DNA of 64,000 bases, from positions 2,848,001 through 2,912,000 of the forward strand of contig OZ257142.1 of NCBI GenBank assembly GCA_965279035.1. The letters are read 5' to 3'. This DNA comes from Bacteroidia bacterium. GTDB taxonomy: Bacteria > Bacteroidota > Bacteroidia > M30B66. The notes beneath the pieces were generated by a model. It saw nothing but the letters and a program-made list of their open reading frames with translations. It was not told where the DNA came from and did no database searches. The position numbers were made by a program, and so were the translations under genes. Each line of letters starts with the position of its first letter. The first letter of the stretch is position 1. This document shows positions 38,494 to 48,889 of this stretch, one piece after another.

Positions 38494-39135
38494 ACCTGGC
38501 TGTGGTTCAAAAATTAATATTAATACCTTAAAAATAATATTTATCCTTCAACAATGATTATAGTTTACTCTTGGTTGAAAACATTGTTTTGCCTAAATAT
38601 TTATTTTTAATTAGTAAAATTAAGTTTAGAATCGGATCATAGCGATAGCTATTTCTGGGCAGTGACTTCCCCCTCCCTCCTCCCGTCACATAGTGATCCC
38701 TACGGGTAAGGGACCACTATGTGGCAGGAGAGGTGAGATTATTACAGAACTAGAGTTGGCTTTGTCTAGGTGGGGAGGTAACGTTTCGAATTCTAGAAAA
38801 TTCAAATTCTAATACAGTTGAATGATTTACAGTAAACTGAATCTAGCTTAAATTGTAGGAAGTAAACATGAATCTGGTGCGCTGGCCTGTCTGGGCGGCG
38901 AGGCAGCGTTTCGCCATTCCTGAGAAAAATATAACTCCCAGCACAATGGGCGAAAAATGGCATTGCGCGCTGAAGCATCGTCCAGACTTGAACTTCTTTG
39001 ATTACTTTCTTGTTTCAAGACAAGAAAGTAATACGTCGTAGACAAACATGAATGAATAATTGATATTATGCTAATAAAGCATTAATTAAATGAATGAACT
39101 GAAAAAACACTTTGATTACTAAACCACAAAAAAGT
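38494..39135. mobile_element. MITE-like element, copy 2 (about 640 bp, internally expanded, eroded ends)
   Basis: End cores TGTGGTT (38501) / AACCACA (39122-39128). Leader AAAATTAAGTTTAGAATCGGATCA and the ~170-nt core are homologous to copy 1. No clear target-site duplication. Confidence 0.6.
38888..39055. ncRNA. Putative structured core, copy 2
   Basis: Same stems as 8772-8940 with compensatory substitutions; 13-bp hairpin at 39001-39032. Confidence 0.6.
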
Positions 39136-39160
39136 TTTTATATAATAATAATTCTGCCAA

Positions 39161-40135
39161 TTAAGCATGTAATGGTCGTTTCTTAACGATCCCGCCTTTT
39201 GTATCTTTCACACTATTCATTACTACAAATGCCTTGGGTTCGATCCGTTGAATTTCGGCATTCAACTTATTTAATTCCAAACGCGTAATCACCGTAAATA
39301 AAATATCGCGCTCTTCTGATTCGCCCGATTTTCCATATCCGCCTTTTCCTTTATACACAGTAACTCCACGACCTAAATCGTTGATAATCATCAATCGAAT
39401 TTCATCACAACGGGCGGCAATAATTGTTACTCCAATATATTCTTCAATCCCTTCAATTATAAAATCAAGTGTTTTAGAGGCAGATAAATAAGTAATCATC
39501 GAATACAAAGCTATTTCCATAGATAAGAAATAAGCTGCAGAAGAAAAAATAACAACATTTATGAGAATAATAATATCTCCAACTGTAGTCCCAATTTTCC
39601 GACTTAAATATATTGCTAATACCTCGGTCCCATCAATCACAGCGCCTCCTCGCATTGCTAAACCTATTCCAGCACCTAGAAAGAATCCACCAAAAACTGC
39701 AACAAGTAAATTATCATTTGTGACATTGGGAAAAGGGATTGTTGCTACACAAATAGCCAATCCAGTAATAGCTAATGCTGTTTTTATGGCAAATGTTTTC
39801 CCCATAAAATTCTTTCCAAGCAATACAAATGGAGCATTTATTACTATAAGTAAAACGAACAAAGGCCAATCTGTCAATGCTGATATGAGCAATGAAATTC
39901 CTGTTGCTCCTCCATCTATAAAATGATTGGTTAATAGAAATCCTTTAAATCCAAATGTAGCCGATAATATTCCTAAAGAAATCAATAAAAAATCCCGAAT
40001 AAATAATTGGAATTTCAACCGCAATAATCGGTATTGTCGACCAATAAAATAAGCAGAATTCAAATGACTTTCATTCACCTTCGAATCCTGAGATCGAATC
40101 AGTCGAATAATAACATTTCTAAAATAAGCTTTCAT
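39161..40135 (-). CDS. YitT-family membrane protein
   Basis: FIDGGATGISLL, DGTEVLAI and GRGVT motifs; DUF2179-like C-terminus. Confidence 0.9.
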   Translation of the reverse strand: MKAYFRNVIIRLIRSQDSKVNESHLNSAYFIGRQYRLLRLKFQLFIRDFLLISLGILSATFGFKGFLLTNHFIDGGATGISLLISALTDWPLFVLLIVINAPFVLLGKNFMGKTFAIKTALAITGLAICVATIPFPNVTNDNLLVAVFGGFFLGAGIGLAMRGGAVIDGTEVLAIYLSRKIGTTVGDIIILINVVIFSSAAYFLSMEIALYSMITYLSASKTLDFIIEGIEEYIGVTIIAARCDEIRLMIINDLGRGVTVYKGKGGYGKSGESEERDILFTVITRLELNKLNAEIQRIEPKAFVVMNSVKDTKGGIVKKRPLHA

Positions 40136-40394
40136 CTAATACATGTTTGTTCATTTCCATTACGAATCAATGAAAATGAATCATACCAAATCGAAAAGAT
40201 GGAAGAACTAATCCACAATCGATTGTGATTTGATTAATATCCAATGGATCACTTAGAATTCAATTCATTCAAATCAACTACAAACCCAAGTAAGTTCTAA
40301 TTAAAATTACCCGCAACTCTTCGTGTACAAAACAGTTAATAATATACGTCAACAACATAAAAATATACTGACGATTTCGTACCTTCAAATTCTT

Positions 40395-43300
40395 ATGATG
40401 AAACAGTTCAACCTTCTCTGTTTTGCTTTCCTTTTAGGAGCTGCTCCGCTCGCTCAAGCGCAGCACTACGTAATTCCTCAAGGTCTTAAGTCGGATCAAT
40501 ATGTTTCCGGGCAAGTCCTTTTTAAACTTCGAGAACAATACCGTTCTTTAGCGAATGAACATGGAATTAACTCCGAGAAAATTGCTCATGTAATTAATCA
40601 ACTTGGAGGAAGTTCGCTTCATAAAAACTTTCCTGCCTCAAAACAACCGGGTAAGAAATTCAACGAAAATGGAGAACGTTTAGCAGATCTTTCTCTCATC
40701 TATGAGTTAAGATATACAAGCAATACTTCGATTTATCAAGCTGCTGCATTACTTCAAAAAACGGGATTAGTCGAATATGTTCAACCACGTTTTACAGCAC
40801 AACCCATGGCTGTTCCTAACGATCCGCTCGTTGCTCAACAATATCATCATGCCTTAATCAAAACATTCGAAGCCTGGGATATAGAACAAGGTGATTCTAC
40901 AATTCTTATTGGTATTACCGATGGAGGAATTCAGTTTGATCATGAAGATTTGGGGAATTGGCAATACAATTATGCTGAAATAGTAAATGGAATTGATGAT
41001 GACGGTAATGGTTACATTGATGACATAGCCGGTTGGAATACAGCCAACAATACAAACGATCCTACAGCTACACTTTCTCCTCACGGAATGTTTACAAGTG
41101 GAATGAGCAATGCTACTGCGAACAATGGTTTAGGACTTGCCGGAAATGCCAACCAATGCCGTTTTGTTCCTATCCGAATTGACGATGCCACTGGTTTTAA
41201 TTATGGTTATGAAGGAATTGTTTATGCCGCTGCCCGAGGTTGTCAAATAATTAATGCCAGTTGGGGTGGTACATTTCCAAATCCCGTAAATGCAGAAGCC
41301 ATTCTTTATGCAACGGTCAATCAAGGTGTATTAATTGTGGCTGCTTGCGGAAATTCAGGAATAGATGAAAAATACTATCCTGCATCATATGAAAATGTGA
41401 TGAGCGTTGGCGCAACAGGATCTACCGACCTAAAATGGAGCGGATCTACGTTTAATACTTCGGTTGATATTGTTGCTCCCGGTGAACTTGTTCAATCTTG
41501 CTGGCCTTTTAATGGTTACGATATTAGCAGCGGAACTTCATTTTCATCGCCTTTAGTTGCCGGTGCTGCGGCCATTGTGAAAAGTCATTTTCCTAGCTAT
41601 ACTGCTCAACAAGTTGCCGAACGTTTGCGCGTAACTGCCGACAATTCAATCTATTCACTTCCGGGAAATTCTGCTTGGAATGGATTAATGGGGTCGGGTC
41701 GATTGAATATGCTTCGTGCATTGACCGATCCAGCTACACCATCAGTTCATTTCACCAATCCAAACTATTTAGATGCTGGTGGTGATGCAATCTTACAAGC
41801 CAATGAAGATGTTACAATTACTGGTATTTATAAAAACTTCCTTTCTCCAACTACAAATCTCAATGCTACTATTTCGTGTAGTTCTCCCTATGTGACAATA
41901 ATCAATGGAAGTAATCATCCAGGTGCTATTGGAACATTAGCAACTGTGGCAAATAGTAGCAATCCTTTTAGTTTTCATATTGCAGCTAATGCACCGAATA
42001 ATCTCGATTTAATCTTTCGTATCGACTACACGGATGCAGGCTATACAGCATTTGAATACATCGAAGTTCGTGTCAATCTTGATTATTTGAATTTAGATGT
42101 GAATCATCTTCATACTACGATAACAAGTAGAGGAAGTATTGGCTACAACGCCGATTATGCAAGCGAAGGTTTAGGAGTAACACTCGATAGCAGTGCAAGT
42201 ATTATATATGCTTCTGGATTTATGTTGGGAAGCAGTGCATCCAAAGTGGCCGATAATGTTTATGCTTCTTCCATTCCAGGATATGACAATGATTTCTTTC
42301 GTCAAAATGGAGCCCGATACATTCAAAATACTACCAGTCAACAACAAATCCGTTCGACTTTTTATACCGATAGCGCCAGTGTAGGAAGATTGGTAGTAAA
42401 TCAAATGGCTGCAGCCCTTTCAGCATCGCCCGACGATCATGCAGTAATGATGATGTACACCATTAAAAACACAGGAAATTCAGCTGCGAATGGTTTAAGT
42501 GCTGGAATATTTACTGATTGGGATATTCAAAATGCTGGCAATAACCAAGGTGCTTGGGATGCAAGTAGGAATTTGAGTTATGCATTCGAACCCGGAGGAA
42601 TGTATGCAGGAGTTAAACTGTTAGAAGGTCCAGCATCACATGCCTATTGTTTTAATAGTGATGGTTCATCAGGTAGTATTAATTTATATGATGGATTTTC
42701 AGGGACAGAAAAATTTGCGACACTATCTGGTTCTCAAACTCGAAATTCTTCCCCAGCGGGTGATATTGCCAATCTGATTGGAACCAGCTCATTTAATTTA
42801 GCTGCAGGAGATTCTATTACGATTAAGTATGTCATGCTGATTGCTGAAGATTTGTCTCAATTGCAAGCAGCTGCCGATCGAGCACAGAGCCTTTACAATT
42901 ACCTTCAATTGCAAGTATCCGTTGAAGCTGTAGGAGAAAGTTGTTCCCAAAATGATGGCTATTTGAATCTAACTGCAGAAGCAATACCGGGAACTAGTGT
43001 TGAATTAAGCACTTCGGATGGTGTTTCAATAACAACATCAAGCGATTTAAGTAATTTTGAATATAGCGGGTTACCAGCAGGAGATTATCTACTCACCTAC
43101 TCTTTTGCAGATGGTTCAACGTATGATGAATCATTTACTATTGAAGCTTCAACTCCTGTAACTCTTACAACAAGTGCTTCTGCGGAAATTTTAGCATTAC
43201 CAAATTCCATTGTCGATTTCACCGCTTCAGCTAGTGGTGGTGCTCAATTCCTTTGGGATTTTAATGATGACTCCCCTACTTCAACAGAACAAAATCCTAC

Positions 43301-43655
43301 TCATGATTTCTTTGTTGCTGGAACATATCTCGTTACCTGTGTTGCTTTTAATGGATCATGTTCTGATACATCAACTATAGAAATTCTAATCGGCGATCCT
43401 CTTCGTATTGAAAATATTCATGGATTAACTTCCATTTTCCCTAATCCGGTGCATGATGTTTTAACTATTCAATTGCCTGAATTAAATGGAATAGTGAACA
43501 TTCAAATTTATTCAGTAAACGGACAAATCATTTCGCAACAAATAGCGAATCAAGGTTCTAATAAACTGGATGTTTCACAATTAAGCAATGGAATTTATCT
43601 ATTGAAAATATGCTCTGAAAAAGGCATAGAAACACATCGAATTGTTGTGAATTAA
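40395..43655 (+). CDS. S8 serine peptidase with PKD domain and T9SS CTD
   Basis: ITDGG, DDDGNGYIDD, HGMFTSG and GTSFSSP motifs; PKD WDFND...NPTH; FPNPV CTD. The signal peptide fits ATG 40395. Confidence 0.9.
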   Translation: MMKQFNLLCFAFLLGAAPLAQAQHYVIPQGLKSDQYVSGQVLFKLREQYRSLANEHGINSEKIAHVINQLGGSSLHKNFPASKQPGKKFNENGERLADLSLIYELRYTSNTSIYQAAALLQKTGLVEYVQPRFTAQPMAVPNDPLVAQQYHHALIKTFEAWDIEQGDSTILIGITDGGIQFDHEDLGNWQYNYAEIVNGIDDDGNGYIDDIAGWNTANNTNDPTATLSPHGMFTSGMSNATANNGLGLAGNANQCRFVPIRIDDATGFNYGYEGIVYAAARGCQIINASWGGTFPNPVNAEAILYATVNQGVLIVAACGNSGIDEKYYPASYENVMSVGATGSTDLKWSGSTFNTSVDIVAPGELVQSCWPFNGYDISSGTSFSSPLVAGAAAIVKSHFPSYTAQQVAERLRVTADNSIYSLPGNSAWNGLMGSGRLNMLRALTDPATPSVHFTNPNYLDAGGDAILQANEDVTITGIYKNFLSPTTNLNATISCSSPYVTIINGSNHPGAIGTLATVANSSNPFSFHIAANAPNNLDLIFRIDYTDAGYTAFEYIEVRVNLDYLNLDVNHLHTTITSRGSIGYNADYASEGLGVTLDSSASIIYASGFMLGSSASKVADNVYASSIPGYDNDFFRQNGARYIQNTTSQQQIRSTFYTDSASVGRLVVNQMAAALSASPDDHAVMMMYTIKNTGNSAANGLSAGIFTDWDIQNAGNNQGAWDASRNLSYAFEPGGMYAGVKLLEGPASHAYCFNSDGSSGSINLYDGFSGTEKFATLSGSQTRNSSPAGDIANLIGTSSFNLAAGDSITIKYVMLIAEDLSQLQAAADRAQSLYNYLQLQVSVEAVGESCSQNDGYLNLTAEAIPGTSVELSTSDGVSITTSSDLSNFEYSGLPAGDYLLTYSFADGSTYDESFTIEASTPVTLTTSASAEILALPNSIVDFTASASGGAQFLWDFNDDSPTSTEQNPTHDFFVAGTYLVTCVAFNGSCSDTSTIEILIGDPLRIENIHGLTSIFPNPVHDVLTIQLPELNGIVNIQIYSVNGQIISQQIANQGSNKLDVSQLSNGIYLLKICSEKGIETHRIVVN

Positions 43656-43677
43656 TTTGAATTTATTTCATCTATTC

Positions 43678-43713
43678 AAAAAAGCCTCGGATTTAAATTC
43701 GAGGCTTTTTTTT
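43678..43713 (+). terminator. Terminator after the plus-strand S8 gene
   Basis: AAAAAAGCCTCGGATT-TA-AATTCGAGGCTTTTTTTT. Confidence 0.88.
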
Positions 43714-43805
43714 GAGTTAATTTCTGATTCCTTATTATTAAATTCAATCGTAATTCTTTTAAAATTAGAAATCAAAATTCATATTATTTTCAAATTAAAT
43801 CACAT

Positions 43806-43833
43806 AAAAAAACCCCAGAGAATTCTGAGGTTT
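43806..43833 (-). terminator. Terminator after the minus-strand hybrid kinase
   Basis: Minus strand AAACCTCAGA-ATTC-TCTGGGGTTTTTTT. Confidence 0.75.
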
Positions 43834-43853
43834 AAGTTTTATTTAGGGGTGAT

Positions 43854-46064
43854 TTAAAGTGTTGGAAGTTGTATTTTAAAAATCGATCCAAGACCAAGAG
43901 TAGATTCAACTTCAATGGTTCCCTGCAATTTCTGAACAGCGTCTTTCACATTCGAAAGTCCTAGTCCATTGCTATCAGGACGATCACCTAATTTATAATA
44001 CGAATCAAAAATTCGACTATGATGTTCTGTTGAAATTCCAATTCCATTATCCTCCACTTGGATTTCTAACATTAACGGATATTCAATGCAAGCTACTTTA
44101 ACATAACATTCTGGTTTCGTTGGATCAGAATATTTGATTGCATTGGAAATTAAGTTACTTAATATAACACGTAAACGGGCTGGATCAGAACTCAACTGAA
44201 CTTCCTCTTCTATTTCATTTTGAAATAATATAGATTCAGCTCCAGGTGCAAATCGCAATTCATCAATCACATCTTGAACTTGCTGTTTTAAATTCACCTT
44301 GATCGTTACCACTTGTCCTCGGCTTCGAAGAGAAGCAATAATATCATTTGTAAATGTTTCGAGTTTTTTCAAACTCTTCTCCATCATATTGAGGTAATTG
44401 ACAAATTCAGCTGGATTTTTTTCATCACGTGCCAAGGTAATCAAGCCACTCACCGAATTCATAGGTGCTTTCAAATCGTGAGAAAGGATTTTTACCAATC
44501 GATCTAATTCCTTATTGTTATTTTCGATTTCAATAAACTGACCTCGGAATTTCTCATCGGCCATTTTACGTTCAGTAATGTTCATCATACTCACGCATGC
44601 ACCCAAAACATTAAGCTTTTCATCCGAAACTGGACTTAAACTTATGCTGTACCAATGCACCGATGTTGGAGAAAAGCGATAGGCCATTTCCCACTGCACC
44701 TGCTTATCGAGCATGGCTTCACCAAACTTTTTGCTAAAAACTTCGCGAATATCAGCTAGTAAATAATCCGTAAAAGGACTGTTCTCGCGAAGCTCCTCGC
44801 CCATCAATTGGATGTTTTGACGATTCGCAATCACATTATACGCCTTGATCCGCTGGTTATTATCTAGCAAAACAATGCTTTGATTGACATTATTGAAAAT
44901 GGAATTCAACATCGCCACCGTTTCTTTCTGCTTCTCGCTAAAGTAGCGGCTTTGAGTGATGTCTTTACAGACTCGAATTATTCCAATGATTTGACCATTT
45001 TCATCATATAAATGAGAAGCCTTGATGTCGGTCCAAACGATTTTATCATCTTTTGTAATTAAACGAGTTTCCCATTGAGAGATTCGTCCAGCAATTATTT
45101 CATGTTGTTCAACACGAACATTGAGTTTATCAACTTCAGCATACAATTGATCGAAATTTCGTCCAACAATCTCTTCTCTCGAATACCCAAAACTTAATTC
45201 CGCACCTTCGTTCCAGTAGGTAATAATTCCTTTTCGATCTGTAACAAATATGGTATCACGTACATTTTTAAGAACTCCCGCCTGAAAGAGCATTTCTTCC
45301 TGAACATGTCTTTTTTCGGTGATGTCATCTGCCAAAATCAAATAACAATCATGTCCATCAAGTTCGGTTTCTTGAACCCGACATTCAACAGTGATGATGG
45401 TCCCGTCTTTTTTTACATGATGAAATATTTCGGCACTACTATAATCTCCAAAACGCTCACGGATCATACGTTTAAGCGATTCAACTTCTTCGATTGGATG
45501 CAGATCGGTAACCTGCATATGTAAAAACTCTTCTTCCGAATAACCAAAATGATCAATTGCCGATTGGTTTACCTTTAATATACGTAATCCGTCTTTTTCA
45601 CGGATATACATTGGAATTGGATTATTTTCAAAAAGCAGTTTGTAAGAGGCTTGGCTTTGACGGATAAGTTCCATACTGGATTTCCGTTCTATACTATATA
45701 AGATGGATTTAGCTAGTAGTTTTTCTTCAAATTCCCCTTTCACCAAATAATCTTGAGCACCATTTTTTACTGCTTCGTGAGCAAATCGAGTATCGTTTAA
45801 TCCTGATAGAATTAGAATTGGAATGGAAGGATTAACGGCATTGAGTCGTTGAAAAGAATCAAAACCATAAGAATCAGGTAATGAAAGATCGAGCAGTATT
45901 ACATCTGGATCAGAAGCTTCAACCGAACTGATCGCATCCTGCAATGAAGTAACATGAATGATGTCTTTGGAGAAATCACGACTTTCATTCAACATCTGCT
46001 GAATAAGCAGAAAATCTCCTGTATTGTCTTCTACAATTAAAATCTGAAGTCGCTGTGTTTTCAT
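43854..46064 (-). CDS. Hybrid kinase REC-PAS-PAS-PAS-HisKA-HATPase
   Basis: VEDN..D, LLDLSLPD and GAQDYLVKG; PAS/PAC repeats; SHDLKAP, NLISNAIKY, DNGIG and GLGL. Confidence 0.92.
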   Translation of the reverse strand: MKTQRLQILIVEDNTGDFLLIQQMLNESRDFSKDIIHVTSLQDAISSVEASDPDVILLDLSLPDSYGFDSFQRLNAVNPSIPILILSGLNDTRFAHEAVKNGAQDYLVKGEFEEKLLAKSILYSIERKSSMELIRQSQASYKLLFENNPIPMYIREKDGLRILKVNQSAIDHFGYSEEEFLHMQVTDLHPIEEVESLKRMIRERFGDYSSAEIFHHVKKDGTIITVECRVQETELDGHDCYLILADDITEKRHVQEEMLFQAGVLKNVRDTIFVTDRKGIITYWNEGAELSFGYSREEIVGRNFDQLYAEVDKLNVRVEQHEIIAGRISQWETRLITKDDKIVWTDIKASHLYDENGQIIGIIRVCKDITQSRYFSEKQKETVAMLNSIFNNVNQSIVLLDNNQRIKAYNVIANRQNIQLMGEELRENSPFTDYLLADIREVFSKKFGEAMLDKQVQWEMAYRFSPTSVHWYSISLSPVSDEKLNVLGACVSMMNITERKMADEKFRGQFIEIENNNKELDRLVKILSHDLKAPMNSVSGLITLARDEKNPAEFVNYLNMMEKSLKKLETFTNDIIASLRSRGQVVTIKVNLKQQVQDVIDELRFAPGAESILFQNEIEEEVQLSSDPARLRVILSNLISNAIKYSDPTKPECYVKVACIEYPLMLEIQVEDNGIGISTEHHSRIFDSYYKLGDRPDSNGLGLSNVKDAVQKLQGTIEVESTLGLGSIFKIQLPTL

Positions 46065-46362
46065 ATCATCCCGACTTTCCCAAACATAAAATCCTATTCA
46101 TATTCCCAAACATGAAGCTTGAAAAAATGAAAATGGATTTCGAGATTTTATTCTCCTTATGAATGTATCGATTTCTCATTCAATAAATAATAGTACTACG
46201 CCTAGAATCAGTATAAGGTTACATTGAATAAGACAGCCTAAATATAAGCTAATTAAAAATGAAAGAAAGTTCTCATTGATTGGCTAAAATAATTTTATAG
46301 TTGGAATTCTAAAAATATTTGTATTTTCATCGAATAATCATTTTCTGAAAGGAGGCAGACAA

Positions 46363-48888
46363 ATGATCACAAAGGCGATCAGCATTCATCAACAGTTGTT
46401 TGATCAGGGATATGCTCCCCGATGTTTAGTTTTGCTTGATGGTAGCTTTGTTCTTACCAATCAAGCATTTCGGAAACTATTCAAATTGAGTGGTTCTCAT
46501 CTTGAAATTAAAGACTTAAATCTATTTGACGTCATAGCAGAAGCTACAGGGGTTTATCGAGAAAAAATAGATAAAGAGCAATTTTTTCTTAGTGAAAGTA
46601 TAGAACCTATCGAAGGCAAGATTATTTTAATTCAAGATGATGGTAATAAAATAAAACTAGATTATATTCAAAGTAGAGTTGAATTGGACGATTTTCCAAT
46701 GCTCTCATTTGAATGGCAAGATGTCACCGAAAAAGTAGAATCTCGAAAGACATTAAGAAGTACTTATGAGCGACTTCAATTGGCTGCTTCCATCAGTAAT
46801 TTAGGAATTTGGGAATATGAATTTGATAATACTGAATGGTATTTAAATGAATGGATGTGCGCATTATTTAATATTCCAGCACATGGAAAAACAAACATAA
46901 CAGAAGATTTTCTTAAGAAAATTCATCCCTCTGATATCGAACGTTTAACTAAACATTGGAAAGATGTAAAAGAGAATGGAGGAAGCCTTGACATTGAATT
47001 TAGAGTAATCTTATCCGATTCAACAATCCATTATTTACATTGTATGGGACGTTGTCTATATGATACACGTCGTCAACCATGGAAATTTGTGGGCACGATG
47101 GCCGATATTACTGAAAGTAAAATAGAATCGGAGCAACTCATTTTAGATAGAAATCGGATGAGTTCATTAATCGATGCACAAAATTCTCTTCTTATACGAT
47201 TGAATAAAACAGGTGTTGTTACGTATAGCAACATTCGATTTAGAAATTATTTTGGTTTAGAAAATATGTGTTCTGATAGCATTTGGTTATCACCCTTTCT
47301 ACATTCCGATCAACGATTATTATTACAAAATGCATTAGATAAGTGCTTTCAAACACCCGGAAAATCTGAAATTCTACTCTTAAAACTAAAAAACTCCAAA
47401 GGAGAAAATGTTATCCAAGAATGGGAACTCGTAGGTATTGAAAATACAAAGGGGCAAACAGATGAAGTTCAGGGAATAGGACGAGATGTTACAGAGCAAA
47501 TGAATTTGAATGCTCGTATTCTTCAAACAAAAAGTAATCTTGAGTCACTTATTAATAATTTCAACAAAGTAAGTATCTGGTCGATAGATTTGAATTACAA
47601 TTTAACTACCTGTAATAATAATTTTAAAGAAGAACATTTCCAATATTATGGGAATAAACTTGATATTGGTGATAATATCATTGATGCTTTGAGTTCTATG
47701 CCTGAAGTGGCAAACTATTGGAAAGCCCAATATGAATTAGCGTTCAAAGGAAATCAATTCGAGTTGGAATTGGAGGTTGCTGGTAATTATTTTGAGGTGA
47801 GTTTTAACCCCATTTATTTATCGACTGAAATTATCGGTGTTGCCATTTATGGAATGGATATCACTGATTCGAAAAAAGCGGAACAAGAACTTAAATTAAG
47901 TCAAGAACGACTTCATTTTGCTATCGAAGGAAATCAATACGGAGTTTGGGATTATGATGTTGTAAATGACCATTTGTACTTGTCGGATTCGTGTCGAGCA
48001 ATGCTTGGATTAGATGAAAATGATGTAAAGCAAAATTTACTGGCATGGGCAGAAATAATTCATCCAGATGATTTAGATAAGGCAGTAAAAGTTCGAAGAG
48101 ATCTGCTATCAGGAGAAATAGAAGGCTTCCGAAGTGAAATTCGAATGAAACATAAAAATGGTGGGTATAAATGGATCATGGACAAAGGCAAAACCTATGA
48201 AAGAGATTCTGAAGGAAAGCCAACTCGCGTCATTGGTTTGTTTCTAGATATTTCTAAAATAAAGACCGATGAATCTAAACTAAAAGAGTATTTACAACGA
48301 CTTGAGAAATTTGCATATATCACATCTCATAATTTAAGATTACCTGTTGCCAATATTATTGGATTAGTTAATATGATTGATGAAAGCTCATATAAAACAA
48401 AAGAAGATGAAACAGTTATTCGTAAAATAAGAACTTCTGCTCAGCAAATTGATGAAGTAATTAAAGAAATGAATGATGCAATTTCATTTACTAATCAATC
48501 TGTTAGCAAGCCTCAATTAACTTCGTTGAAAAAAATATGGTTTATTGATGATGATGATATTAATAATTTATTGAGTGAGCGATTAATTGGTAAACACTTC
48601 CCTGATACTAAATGCCGTACATTTATTGATGCCGAAGAAGCCTTGAATGAACTTCAAAAAAACAGTACGTTGAAACCAGATGCCATCTTTCTTGATATCA
48701 ATATGCCGAGAATGAATGGATGGGAGTTTTTAGAAGAATTTGAAAAATTAAAACTCCCAATAAACGTGTATATGCTCACTTCTTCTATTGATCCAAGAGA
48801 TCAACAAAAAGCGCATACCTATTCTTTTGTAAAAGATTTTATTTCGAAACCACTGCGCGAAGAACGGCTCCGATTAATTGTAGAATAA
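46363..48888 (+). CDS. Multi-PAS protein with HisKA (DHp) helix pair fused directly to REC, no HATPase
   Basis: PAS/PAC repeats (IHPSD, IHPDD), SHNLRLP, then after about 60 aa WFIDDD...FLDINMP...SKP. No N, G1 or G2 boxes. Confidence 0.85.
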   Translation: MITKAISIHQQLFDQGYAPRCLVLLDGSFVLTNQAFRKLFKLSGSHLEIKDLNLFDVIAEATGVYREKIDKEQFFLSESIEPIEGKIILIQDDGNKIKLDYIQSRVELDDFPMLSFEWQDVTEKVESRKTLRSTYERLQLAASISNLGIWEYEFDNTEWYLNEWMCALFNIPAHGKTNITEDFLKKIHPSDIERLTKHWKDVKENGGSLDIEFRVILSDSTIHYLHCMGRCLYDTRRQPWKFVGTMADITESKIESEQLILDRNRMSSLIDAQNSLLIRLNKTGVVTYSNIRFRNYFGLENMCSDSIWLSPFLHSDQRLLLQNALDKCFQTPGKSEILLLKLKNSKGENVIQEWELVGIENTKGQTDEVQGIGRDVTEQMNLNARILQTKSNLESLINNFNKVSIWSIDLNYNLTTCNNNFKEEHFQYYGNKLDIGDNIIDALSSMPEVANYWKAQYELAFKGNQFELELEVAGNYFEVSFNPIYLSTEIIGVAIYGMDITDSKKAEQELKLSQERLHFAIEGNQYGVWDYDVVNDHLYLSDSCRAMLGLDENDVKQNLLAWAEIIHPDDLDKAVKVRRDLLSGEIEGFRSEIRMKHKNGGYKWIMDKGKTYERDSEGKPTRVIGLFLDISKIKTDESKLKEYLQRLEKFAYITSHNLRLPVANIIGLVNMIDESSYKTKEDETVIRKIRTSAQQIDEVIKEMNDAISFTNQSVSKPQLTSLKKIWFIDDDDINNLLSERLIGKHFPDTKCRTFIDAEEALNELQKNSTLKPDAIFLDINMPRMNGWEFLEEFEKLKLPINVYMLTSSIDPRDQQKAHTYSFVKDFISKPLREERLRLIVE

Positions 48889-48889
48889 A

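Noticed and set aside
38848-39045. 65-aa minus-strand ORF over the repeat core
   Set aside because: Copy 1 differs by a 1-nt indel within the homologous segment, and the conservation pattern follows base-pairing rather than codons.
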